Source: Eledone cirrhosa (Eukaryota). Taken from it: a DNA stretch of 64,000 nt. The notes beneath the pieces were generated by a model. That model saw only the letters and a list, made by a program, of their open reading frames with translations. It was not told the DNA's origin and searched no databases. This document shows positions 12,903-24,173 of this stretch, one piece after another. The stretch is taken from positions 251,844,001 through 251,908,000 of the forward strand of contig OZ024743.1 in assembly GCA_964016885.1 (NCBI GenBank). Reading direction: 5' to 3'. The position numbers and the translations under genes are program-made. Within the stretch, counting starts at the first letter, position 1; the number at the start of each line of letters is the position of its first letter.

Positions 12903-13394
12903 CATCATCATCATCATCATCATCATTTTACGTCTGCTTTTCCCTGCTTGCAAGGGTGGGACGGGTCCTATTCAGCACACCATCTCTCCACTTGTCACGG
13001 TCTTATGTCATCTCAACTGTGAGCTTCAGCAATCTGAGGTCTGCTCTCACCACCTCCGCCCATGTTTTTTGTGGTCTCCCTCTACCACGCATTCCTTCAA
13101 CTATATATATATATACACATATATATATATATATATAAATCAGTCTACAAACAATAAAGCAGTGCAAGTGAGAGGTTAATAGTGACTCTGTATGTCACTG
13201 ATAGATGGTTTCAAATATATCTCTGATTTATCAATAGCTTTCAGCTATTCATCTCTACACCCAAACATGTATATACACACACACACACACATGTATATAT
13301 ATACACATATATATACATATATGGGAGCAGTGTGTGTGTGTGTGTGTGCATGTGTGTATGTGTGTATGTGTGTGTGCGTAAAGATACAGATATA

Positions 13395-13449
<55 letters not shown>

Positions 13450-13612
13450 GTCTTTGCATGTGTGTGTGTATATACAGTACAGACAGAATAAATCATCACA
13501 CCCATTCACACATACACATATACATGCATGCTTATACACTTGTGCAATGATACAGATAAAGACACAAATAAAAAGACATATACACATACACACACAAATT
13601 ATATATATATAT

Positions 13613-13953
13613 GGAGGCACATGGCTTAGTGGTTAGAGCATTGGCCTTGCAATCGAAAGGTTGTGAGTTCAATTCTCAGACCGGGTGATGTGTTGTTTCC
13701 TTGAGCAAGACACTTTATTTCACATTGCTCCAGTTTACTCAGCTGTAGAAATGAGATGATAGGGACTGAGGTCCATATCATTCCACTGCAAAGTGGTCGT
13801 GGAGGTGCCACGGCAAAAAAGCACCCAGCACTCACTGTAAATGAGGTTGGTGTTAGGAAGGGCATCCAGCTGTAGAAATCAAGCCAGAATCAGTTCCCGT
13901 CCCACCCTTGCAAGCAGGGAAAAGCGGACATAAAATGAAATGATGATGATGAT
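13613..13953 (+). mobile_element. tRNA-derived SINE (family S2) with CORE-like centre and RTE-derived 3' tail
   Basis: A-box TGGCTTAGTGG, B-box GAGTTCAATTCTC, CCTTGAGCAAGACACTT, then GGTTGGTGTTAGGAAGGGCATCCAGC and (GAT)n shared with the RTE 3' UTR. Confidence 0.87.
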
Positions 13954-14374
13954 GAATATATAGAGAGAGAGAGAGAGAGAGTGAGAGAGATTATATTTGC
14001 ATTTACATATATATATATATATTATATATATATATATTTTATGTGTGTATATATTTACATATACATAAGTATATTTTATATATATATATCTCTTTACATA
14101 TATACACACACTATACTGAGAAAGGAATAATCAATTGAAGTATATATTCTTTTCTGGGGCATAATTTTGTTTCCAGTAGACATGCTCATATATATATATC
14201 TATATATATATATATTGTTATACTTTGGGGGGGGGGGGGGTCATGTTGCCAATAAGAAACACATGCACCAGTTGCTTTCACTTCAATTTATTATAAATTA
14301 AATTTATAAATTTAGGAATTTATAAATTTCCGGTTGGTTGGTTGGTTCCACAACCAGATGATTGTTCATATATT

Positions 14375-14417
14375 GTCAAAGTTCTTTCGTCACACATTCT
14401 GTGACCTCTTCAGTGAC
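14375..14417 (-). ncRNA. Type I hammerhead ribozyme motif (left arm)
   Basis: Reverse complement of 15041-15083. Confidence 0.72.
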
Positions 14418-15040
14418 TGGAGATTCTTTTCTTTGTTTTTGTGCCTCTTCTTTGTTCTGTCCTACGCCATCTTGTTTTTCTGTGTGTTGTGTGCTTAGTT
14501 TGCGCATGTGTTACATTCGGGTGTCTGTATGTGTTTATATTTGTTTATTTATTTGTTTATTTACATGTTACAGGTTAGTTGTTTGTTCTATGTTTGTGTT
14601 CTATGTTGTTTGTTCTATGAACACTGGCGAGAGCTTCAAGATAGTAAAGAATCATCTGTACTCTACCAACATGCTAAAATAGAACATAAGGGTAAATTAG
14701 AGAACATAGAAATAAAAAAAGAATCTACACACAGAAAAGACGGAATGTTTAGACAAATCACAGAGGCAATAAACATAAATGAACTCCAACCAAAATTAAA
14801 TAGAAAACATGAATGGAACAGCAACATCATAACTTACAATTAAGGACAAAATGAAAACACACACACACAGAACAAACAACCAACAAGTAACATGTAAATA
14901 AACAAATAAATAAACAAATATAAACACACACAGACACCCGGATGTAACACATGTCCAAACTAAGCACACAACACACACAAAAACAAGATGGCGTAGGACA
15001 GAACAAAGGAGAGGCACAAAAACAAAGAAAAGAATCCCCA

Positions 15041-15083
15041 GTCACTGAAGAGGTCACAGAATGTGTGACGAAAGAACTTTGAC
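15041..15083 (+). ncRNA. Type I hammerhead ribozyme motif (right arm)
   Basis: GTCA-CTGAAGA-G-GTCACA(GAATG)TGTGAC-GAAA-GAAC-TT-TGAC: intact core, stem I of 4 bp, stem II of 6 bp, minimal stem III. Confidence 0.75.
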
Positions 15084-15294
15084 AATATATGAACAATCAT
15101 CTGGTTGTGGAACCAACCAACCAACTGGAAATTTATAAATTCCTAAATTTATAAATTTATTATAAAAAATTGAAGTGAAAGCAACTGGTGCATGTGTTTC
15201 TTATTGGCAACATGACCTCCCAAAGTATAACAATATAGGTTTCAACCAACACACGTTTTCAGATAAAGAATCTTGCTAAACAAATTCAAAAACG

Positions 15295-15329
<35 letters not shown>

Positions 15330-15332
<3 letters not shown>

Positions 15333-16391
15333 TCAGGTGCAATAGGTAGCAAGTGTCCACAGGATACTAGCCCCTTCTATTGCCCAGATGATTCTATAGA
15401 AATAGTAGACACTTTCCGTTACCTGGGTGACAAAATCAGCAGTGGAAGGTGTTCTGAAAGTACGGTAGCCAAAGTCAGAATGGGATGGAAAAAGTTCAGA
15501 GAGCTTATATTGCTGTTGGCCACAAAAGATTTCTCTCTAAAAATGAAAGGCAGATTGTATGATGCTTGTATACGAACAGCAATGCTACATGGCAGTGAGA
15601 CATGGGCATTACGTGCAGAGGACCTGCTTAGACTGGAAAGGAATGAAGCATGCATGCTCCATTGAATGTGTAATAGTAATATACGTGAATGGCAAAGCAT
15701 AAATGAACTAAGTGAGAAATTAGGAATAAGAGAGATCAGATGCTGTTTACTTGAGAGAAGACTACGTTGGTATGGCCACGTGAGGCGCATGAAAGACGAC
15801 AGCTGTATAAAAAAGTGCAGGGCGATCAAAATTGATGCTAGTTACGGAGTAGGTAGACCCAGAAAAATCTGGGACGATCTGATAAATTCTTACCTTACAC
15901 ACTTAGACAATGTCACTGGACCGAGATCTTTGGCGCTACGCAGTAATACAGAAGACTCACCTTGCGTATGTACAAAGCGAAGCCTACAGTCAGTAGGCAC
16001 CTCTTAACCAAATATACACCCCAATCCACTACCCCTACCCTATCCTCCCACTCCCACCAACACCACCCTCTCTCTATAACGTTAGTACCACAACATCCAG
16101 TCCAAATAAATGCGATAATGAGATCGAGATCGAGATTGTGTAGGTGTCACAAGAAAAAACACAGTCCACGCTGTAATGTGGCCGTGTAGGTAACACGGTA
16201 AAAAGTTCCCAGTTCCACACTGTAAATGTGGTTGGTGTTAGGAAGGGCATCCAGCCGTAGAAAACCTGCCAGATATTCCTATATGAGCGAGACATGGTCA
16301 CCCGACCAACCTTGCCTCAAGTGGGACAACTCCCGTCTAACCCATGCTAGCATGGAAAATGGACGTTAAACGAAGATGATGATGATGATGA
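15330..16391 (+). mobile_element. 5'-truncated RTE LINE (family A variant)
   Basis: ORFs 15273..15665 and 15666..16007 are separated by one TGA and match the RTE C-terminus; 3' UTR and (GAT)n tail present. Confidence 0.92.
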
Positions 16392-16510
16392 TATATATAT
16401 ATACATCATATCTATACATTTCTCTCTCCCTCTCTCTCTCTCTATATATATATATGCATATATATATAAACGAATAAAGATTAACAAGAATTTTAATTAA
16501 TTCATTGAAA

Positions 16511-16579
16511 TGATTTACGACTGTTTCGTTAGACTAACAAGAAAATTTCTTTCCCATTAGAATAAGCTCATCAGAATCA
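16511..16579 (-). ncRNA. Type I hammerhead ribozyme motif in a solo PLE-like terminus (about 16470-16940)
   Basis: Minus strand reads TGATT-CTGATGA-(long imperfect stem II)-GAAA-CAGTCG-TA-AATCA. The core is canonical. Confidence 0.78.
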
Positions 16580-17039
16580 ATAAAATACAATTAATATATA
16601 CCTTCTATGCCCATGAATTCAAGTGTATAAATATATAAATATACATTATCTTCATAAGCAGACTACAAAAATAAAGAATATACTCAATTTTATAGCTAAA
16701 TAAGTGTAAATAAATAGAATAAGCAAGCTGTAGCATCAATATTTTGACTTTGTTTAGGAATATATTTAGTTAAAAAGAATAATTTTATTCATAGTTGTAC
16801 AAATAACATTACAAATTATTCACAATTCTTTCAGAATGAAAATATAAACACATAATAAATACAGTTAACTACTGCTAGGAATTTACAAGTATTATGCATC
16901 AAAATATATGATCAAAGTGAGAGAAAGAAAAAAAAAAGGGAAAGAAAAACAAAATTGACCAACAATTCGTCACCAAGTGCGACAATTGGCTGCACACCAC
17001 AAGGTCAACGGAAACATCAGTCAGGAGTCATCTTCTGTT

Positions 17040-18480
17040 CAGTAAAGGAGAGGACCCCTCAGCTTTACTACTTCTTCTTTGGTGATCATTTCATCTTATC
17101 TGCCTCTGGGGTCCAACAGGATGACATGCCCACACCTGCTCTTTTCGCACTAGATATTGATGACATCAAGGAGATGGGAGCTGACCTGGATTTTAATGTC
17201 TGATATCTGGAAGTTACTTGTTTGTGGGGTCCTCCAGATAAGGTCCTTGCAACTGCAAAGACAATGATTAAAGAACTGGGTTGTAGAGGCCTTCACGTCA
17301 ACAGTTCCAAATGTGAGCTCTGGCCCCTCAACTACCCAGCTTCATATCAGCAAACTGTTGGGCTGTTTACAGACACCTTCCCTTCTATCACAGTTCCTCT
17401 CTCATCAGCATGGTGCTCTCTTGGAGCTCCAATTACTGACCAAGCTTTTGAGTCCATTTCTCTGTCTAAGTTGTCTAACCTCAAGACCATTGAGCCTCAC
17501 CAAGGTTTTTTATACATAAGAATTACTTGTTGATTCCAAAGTTGTTCTATTTCTTCAAAGTTAGTCCCTCTTACAAATTCTTGTCATCTCTCCAACATCT
17601 TTGATGACTTGATATTCAGTGAAATAGAGGGCCTGGTCAATGTCCAACTCTCTCCAGAGTCCCGCAATGAAGTTGCCTTGCTCAAACGGTTTGGAGGTCT
17701 TGCTCCATGTAAATGCTCATCTTTGTCTCTACCTTGCTTTCTTTCCTCCATCCATGCTTACTCCCCTTTAGTGGGTGACATCCTCTGCTTTCTCACATAG
17801 ACTAGTTCCACCAGGGAGATAGCTGACGCTTTACTACAGTCTAGAGGATAAACAGAAGCAGAGAGTATGGGACAATCTGCATTCGAGCAAAATTTTAACT
17901 CTCCCTTTGATCATTCTCATCGATTTTCTGAAAGTGCAAAGTTTTCAGATGGACTGGATTGATGCCCTGCCTGTGGCCAACATTGGTGGTCTTCTCAGTC
18001 TGAATGAGCCCTGCATATCTATTGCACTCTAAGTAGGAGCCAATGTCTGTGGGTCTTAGATGTCACTGTGGTAGGTCCCTTAACTCAACAGGGCTCCATG
18101 GTTTGTCTTGTCACCTGAATGTTGGTCACTTCACCTGCCACACCAAGCTAAACCTGATTATTAAGTGAGCTCTAGCTTGGGTAAATATCCCCTCATTGCA
18201 AGAGCTGGCTGGATTATCCAGAAGTGAAGGGAAGAAACCATACTATCTTATCATTTGTCACTGGTTAAGAGGCCGGCGTCTCATCTGGGATGTCAGAATC
18301 AGTGACTCTTTTGCCCCCTCCCACATCATGGATGTCATAATAAATGTGAGGGTCACTGAACCCATTTCTGAATGGAATAAAATCCGATAATACCAGGAAC
18401 TATTATTTTTTCCTGCCTGTGGCATACAAGACATTTGATAGTTGGGCCGCTAACAGCAAAGTTCTTCTTATCATTGGTGG
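17040..18480 (+). pseudogene. Decayed CRE-like non-LTR element (RT plus restriction-like endonuclease)
   Basis: ILSASGVQQDD..PALFAL (GVQQGDP motif), NV*YLE..LWG, GLHVNSSKCEL, LKRFGGL, C-H-C-G..HGLSC..H, ELAGLSRSEGKKP..W.RGRRLIWDV..DSFA; many stops. Confidence 0.8.
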
Positions 18481-18677
18481 CTTATCAGCACCTTAGCCTT
18501 GACATCACTCACAGTTGATGACCCTTGTGATGTGTGGCCAATTGTTGAACTTATGATTTAGTTATAAGTTAGTTTATGTGGCTATATACCTGAGTATATT
18601 TCAGACTGTGTTCCATTTACTGCCCAGTGAAGAAAGTTGCATACACATTAATAGTATAATTTGGTCATTATTAAGCT

Positions 18678-18866
18678 ATGGCGGTGGATTGGCAGTATCG
18701 GTAGGGTTGGACGCCATGCTTTCCAGCATAGTTACGTCCCTTTACGATCTGAGTTCAAATCCCGCTGAGGTTGACTTTGCCTTTTATCCTTACAGGGTCG
18801 ATAAAATAAAGTACCAGTAATGCACTGGGTAATTGCTGGCCTTGTGCCTAAAGTAGAAATAATTAT
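18678..18866 (+). mobile_element. SINE S1 copy
   Basis: Full-length match to 1966-2156. Confidence 0.88.
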
Positions 18867-18913
18867 TAAGCTATTGTTTGGAACATAACTTAAAATAGAT
18901 TCTCACATAAAAT

Positions 18914-19106
18914 TATAATTGTTTCTACTTTTGGCACAAGGCCAGCAATTAACCAGTGCATTACTGGTACTTTATTTTATCCACCCCAAAAGGATGAAAG
19001 GCAAAGTTAACCTCGGCGGGATTTGAACACAGAATGGCAAGGGCCGTAACTCTATGCGTCAAAGTATGGCGTCCGACCTTCTACCAACACTGCAAATCAA
19101 CCGCCT
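18914..19106 (-). mobile_element. SINE S1 copy (inverted relative to its neighbour)
   Basis: Full-length reverse complement; flanked by a repeated AAATTATAAT. Confidence 0.88.
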
Positions 19107-19150
19107 ATAAATTATAATGGCAGCCTTTTAGATGTAAAATATATTCTCCT

Positions 19151-19349
19151 TTAATCCTTTAGTATTTACATTACTCTATATATACTATTGTATTTTCATG
19201 GTAAAGGCTCACATAATATCGATTTTGATGTTATTTATTTTGAGAACAATACCGTAACATCAGTATGAATGGCCAGTTACAGCCAGTTTGAACAGAAAGG
19301 GGTGAGATAATTCTGGCTGGATATGGCCGGTTTAAATGCTAAAGGGTTA
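19151..19349 (+). mobile_element. piggyBac-like MITE M1
   Basis: TTAATCCTTTAGTATTTA..TAAATGCTAAAGGGTTAA. Confidence 0.82.
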
Positions 19350-20070
19350 AAACAAAGTGTTGTATCAGAGAACAAGGGTGGTTTTATATTCAGGTGGTTT
19401 TGTATCAGAAGGGTTTATACATCATCACATTTTATATACAGTCATTGATATCAAACAGGACAAGGACAACAAAAGAAAAACCATATAATTACGTACCAAA
19501 TATAGATGAAATAAAGTGAATATATTTCAAATATATCTCTGATTTATCACTAGCTCTCAGTTTTTTTTATCTCTACACCCACACATGTTTTATCATCATC
19601 ACAATTTAACTTTTATTTTTCATGCTTGCATGTGTTCAACAGTCCTACTTTTCGACAACTCCAAGTGGATAAAGAGAGCCCCTGACTCCCCCTTCGACGT
19701 CAGTATGGGCGAGACGGATTCGGCCGAGGTCACAGATCTTATAGGATTATTCCTACTATTTAAACTTACCGAAATGTTTCCTGCATTCGGCAGTGGATTG
19801 TACCGGGATGGTGGGCTCCTCACCCTCAAAGGGTACAACCCCAGTAGTACAGACCAGGTCCGTAAACAACTAATCAACTTCTTCCGGGACTGGGGATTTA
19901 AAATCACCCTACAAAAGTCCCTAACCCGAGTCAATTTCCTGGACGTTACCCTTAACCTTGAAAATGATCTGTACTACCCATACAGAAAACCAAACGACAA
20001 TCTGCACTACATCCACCGCCGCTCTATCCATCCTAGAAACATCACCAATAACCTGGTTAAAAACATCTCA

Positions 20071-20441
20071 TTATCATCATCATCATCATCACCGTTTTAC
20101 GTCCGTTCTTCCATGCTAGCATGGGTTAGACGGGTTGTCCTGTTGTGGGCAGTGTCTGGTCGGCTGACCATACCTTGCTCATACAGGAACTGATTTGGCT
20201 TAATTTCTACAGCTGGATGCCCTTCCTAACACCAACCTCATTTACAGTGAGTGCTGGGTGCTTTTTCCGTGGCGCCTACACGTCCACTTTACAGTGTGGG
20301 CTGGGTGCTTTTTTGCCATGGCACCTCCATGACCACCTTGCAGTGGGGTGTGTGGGGGCATATTGTCTATATGCTTCAGCTTGTACCCATGGAAGCTCGG
20401 GTACTCTGTATTACTGCATGACGCCAGAGGTCACGGTCGTT
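20071..20441 (-). mobile_element. 5'-truncated RTE 3' end inserted into the PLE ORF
   Basis: (CAT)n tail at 20071-20090 and the RTE 3' UTR motif. The minus strand encodes DRDLWRHAVIQSTR, like the family A terminus DRDICRYAVIQKTR. Confidence 0.85.
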
Positions 20442-21927
20442 TGTCCGCTAATGAGCAGATATTCGATGAACACGCGCCTCATTACAACCAGGCCCTCAAG
20501 CAGAGTAGCTTCTGGCAGGAAATATCCTTTTATCCAGCTTCCCGTAGCGGGACCAGCAGGCGACACCGCTGCTCACGCAACGTAATGTGGTTCAATCCTT
20601 CCCATAATGCCGAGGTGGCAACACCTATCGGGAAAATCTTCTTTAGACTCCTCGAAAAACACTTCCCACTACAACACTGCTACCACAACATAATCAACAA
20701 AAACACCATCAAACTCTCCTACAGCACCACACCTAACTTCGCACACAACATTGTCTCCTCAAACAACAAAAAACTTAACCCCTATGGAAGAAATAACCTA
20801 GACATCAGTGGAGAGCCGACCAGGAGGTATAACTGCCCTGATAGATCTACGTGCCCTCTCAACAACAAATGCCGAGAACGTAACGTGATCTACCAGTGCA
20901 ACGTGAGGATGGACACCTCCAACAAAGCTTATATAGGATTAACTACGTGTGACTTCAAGACCCGGTTCTACCAACACCGACATACTTTCCGAAACCCGGT
21001 CCAGCGACATGCCACTACACTTTCGGACCACATCTGGGACCTCCAAGATAATAATATAACCTACAATCTCACTTGGAGCTTACTGTCCAGAGGTAACTCT
21101 TACACGGGGGGATGCCGTCCGTGTAACTTATGCTCGGAGGAAACATTACAAATGCTGTTTTCGAAAGACCAACTCCTAAACAAGAAAGACGAACTGGTAA
21201 CCGCATGCAAACACAGATTGCGTAGGACTTACCTCGCCCTCAAACCCCATAACGACCCGGGTGGGTAGACAAGAGCTGATACTTGCCGAATAAGTTAGGG
21301 GAAATCCCAGCTTACTTAGGTAGATGTATCTCTTTTCTTTTCTTTTCCTCTTTGTCTTCTTCTTCTCCCTGCCTCATCCTATCACTTCCTTCCACCCCCT
21401 ATTTTCTTCCACGTCTGCTTTTCCCCTTCGCCTACCCCGATACAGCCCATCGGGCCTCTGTAGCATCAGTTCCCCCACCCCTGTAATTTTAAGATAGAAT
21501 TGGCCGAATACGTTTTACTAACTACTTATAGCAGATGTGTTAAAACCCTTTAATTTTGTATCAGTTTTGGTACTACTCAATTTCTACACGTTTTTTCTAT
21601 TCTCAACTTATTAACCTGTAATAATAAGATAGCATTGTGATTTTTTTTTTCTTTCATTTCTCTAATTTTATATATTTTTTTCTTTCTTTCTATTAACTTT
21701 TATTGTAACCTACTCTCATTCGATTTACCTATTCTATAACCTCCCTCCTCCACTTCATACACTATCCTTAGAATCTGCTGCTTGACTGCTCAACTCACTC
21801 CCCTATTGTTCTACAGGCAAGTTCATCCACCCCTACCTCCCACTAAATGCCATGATAGACTTTTTTGTGTTTACAACAAATTTTAACCAATCCTCTTGAC
21901 AACTACAATCTTCCCATATAAGGAAGT

Positions 21928-22024
21928 ACCCCCTTGACAAGTTCGGCTATTTATTCACCAGGCTAAAAATTCTAATTTAGTCCAGAAATAGCCGTCGAAA
22001 CGGCTTGAGCTCTGCTGTCGGGGT
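21928..22024 (+). ncRNA. Degenerate hammerhead motif at the PLE 3' terminus
   Basis: CCCC-TTGACAA (mutated CTGANGA)-GGCTATTT..AAATAGCC-GAAA-CGGC..GCTG-TC-GGGG. Confidence 0.62.
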
Positions 22025-22165
22025 CATACTTTTTCCTATTTCCCACTCTAGCACTCTAAGTATTGAGTACTCTGGTGCGTTATGGTCCATCTGGTTCCTT
22101 ACCACATTTCCTTTGTTATATATATAGAATTCACAAGAATCAAAGCTATGTTCAAAGCATTTATT

Positions 22166-22212
22166 CACTTACAATTGTTTCATCCAAACCTAGGCTTGGA
22201 GTCTTCGGAGCA
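22166..22212 (-). ncRNA. Minimal hammerhead motif (left arm)
   Basis: Reverse complement of 22843-22889. Confidence 0.62.
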
Positions 22213-22842
22213 TTTTTCAATGTTTGTACACATAATTGACCTCCTTTCCAACGCAAGAGACATACAGATACATATGTATATATTGATGTACAGTGGAGTG
22301 ACATATATTATATTATATTATTTCTGTATAGCAAATCAAATTCAAAATCAAAATCAAAATTAAATTTAAAACGAAATTAAAATACATTCGGCAGTTAACA
22401 TAGATAATGTAAAAGGATAGTTTGTTAGTCAGGTGTGTCTCATTTATATATGATTATTGTGTGGCAGGGTGTTACATGTAATACAAGCACTTTAAGTGGG
22501 TAAGTAAGAGTATTATGGAGGTTGTAGTGGTAAGGTATTTTTTGTATATAATAAAAAAGTATGTGTGCAGAAAAATAAAAATAAAAAGGAGAAGCAAAAG
22601 AAACTAACGCATACACTAACTACTACACCTGACTAACAAACTATCCTCTTACATTATCTATGTTAACTGCTGAATGTATTTTAATTTTGTTTTAATTTTA
22701 ATTTTGATTTTGAATTTGAATTGCTATACAGAAATAATATAATATAATATATGTCACTCCACTGTACATCAATATATACATATGTATCTGTATGCCTCTT
22801 GCGTTGGAAAGGAGGTCAATTATGTGTACAAACATTGAAAAA

Positions 22843-22889
22843 TGCTCCGAAGACTCCAAGCCTAGGTTTGGATGAAACAATTGTAAGTG
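22843..22889 (+). ncRNA. Minimal hammerhead motif (right arm)
   Basis: TGCT-CCGAAGA-CTCCAAG..TTTGGAT-GAAA-C(AATT)G-TA-AGTG: palindromic stem III loop; the core has U4>C. Confidence 0.65.
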
Positions 22890-23096
22890 AATAAATGCTT
22901 TGAACATAGCTTTGATTCTTGTGAATTCTATATAACTGCTCTGTAGAACAACTGATTTTATTACATTGAGCTAATAATCTTACTGGTAATAAGGTAGTTA
23001 TAAATTACTGTTTTGGGTTTAAAATATATATAACTATAAAAAGTTTTAGTATATACATAACCATAAATAGTATCTTTAATATTATATATATATATA

Positions 23097-23531
23097 TATA
23101 ATTGAATATACAAGAGAGATGAACACTAATATAAACATACATGTGTCCGAATTATAAGGACTAGGTTTGCTAGGGTGAAAAAATATTAACTACAGCAATA
23201 TGGTTTGCCAGATTTAATTTAAAGTAGTAAATTAAGAAAAATAATAACAAACCTATATTGGGCAACTGCCTGAAAAGGTGTTTTCAGGCAGTTGCCCAAT
23301 ATAGGTTTGTTATTATTTTTCTTAATTTACTACTTTAAATTAAGTCTGGCAAACCATATTGCTGTAGTTAATATTTTTTCACCTTAGCAAACCTAGTCCT
23401 TATAATTCGGACACATGTATGTTTATATTAGTGTTCATCTCTCTTGTATATTCAATTATATTACACGGCTCGGAAAAGCTTTTTTCTTAGAGCTATTTAA
23501 TTGTAAGAGACTTCTTTGAGTTTCTAACTCA

Positions 23532-23533
<2 letters not shown>
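23097..23533. repeat. Near-perfect palindrome, arms about 180 bp, 4-nt loop, right extension, in (TA)n
   Basis: 23097-23276 is the reverse complement of 23281-23460; loop GGTG; two mismatches seen. Confidence 0.96.
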
Positions 23534-23583
<50 letters not shown>

Positions 23584-23985
23584 CTTCTTTCTTGTCTTCT
23601 ATATATTTATTCCATGAATATGTGCAGCCAAGCTGCAATAACTTCTAAGAGTTTTCAGATGGTAGCCATTAACTGTAACCTTCACTTACCTTCTGTTAAT
23701 TCAGTTAACTTAATAACACTTCGACTGAGTTTAAGAAGATTCTCTAATATACGTAGTCATTTTATTCTATACTCACACATACATAGATACATTTAAATAC
23801 ATATATTCACACACACCCACACACATATAAGTGGAAAATAGATGTTAAACGATAATGATGATGATGATAATATATAGTGCAAACATTAATAAGGCTTTCT
23901 TTGAAAATACACCTAATCATTATTAATTATATATTCAGGCAGACTTTTAAAAGTAATCTCATATATTGTACCGTATAGCTATGTA

Positions 23986-24041
<56 letters not shown>

Positions 24042-24091
24042 TAATATTAATAATATTAATAAATGGAAAATATCTTTATAAAACCATACTT

Positions 24092-24150
24092 ATTTTATTA
24101 TATGTATTTCAAGGGTACTAATATTCAAGTACGCATTCATCAGATAAAAT
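24092..24150 (-). ncRNA. Type I hammerhead ribozyme motif (left arm)
   Basis: Minus strand reads ATTTTAT-CTGATGA-ATGCGTACT..AGTACCCTT-GAAA-TACATA-TA-ATAAAAT. Confidence 0.78.
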
Positions 24151-24173
24151 ATAATCTTAACACCAATTAGAAT

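Larger units (their letters stand above)
14211..15297 (+). mobile_element. 5'-truncated Penelope-like element with an inverted terminal repeat of about 380 bp
   Basis: 14211-14600 is the reverse complement of 14860-15237. The spacer encodes EHW..SVLYQHAKIEH..RQITEAININELQPKLNRKHEW (GIY-YIG C-terminal half). There is a 60-bp extension after the right arm and TA tracts on both sides. Confidence 0.85.
19640..22115 (+). mobile_element. 5'-truncated Penelope-like element, Naiad-like (RT plus GIY-YIG), interrupted by an RTE
   Basis: RT: FDVSMG..DSAEVTDLIGL, GLYRDGGL, VNFLDVTLNL..YPYRKPN..YIH. EN region: WFNP, NKNTIKLSYS, YNCPDRSTCPLNNKC, VIY..AYIG..FKTRFYQH, CNLCSEE, LLNKKDE..CKHR. A pyrimidine-rich 3' UTR follows. 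Confidence 0.92.
22120..23085. mobile_element. Fold-back element: arms of about 310 bp, 190-bp spacer, right extension, TA-flanked
   Basis: 22123-22436 is the reverse complement of 22626-22934 with few mismatches; the mirrored ORFs 22082+ and 22698- reflect this. Confidence 0.9.

Noticed and set aside
15663-15665. In-frame TGA as selenocysteine or readthrough
   Set aside because: It aligns to a TGG (Trp) codon in sister RTE copies, so it is an ordinary nonsense mutation.
10221-23460. Excess of G-U-compatible mismatches in plus-strand hairpins
   Set aside because: It holds for two palindromes, but the 22.1-kb repeat is balanced; by-eye counts are too few to claim selection or editing.
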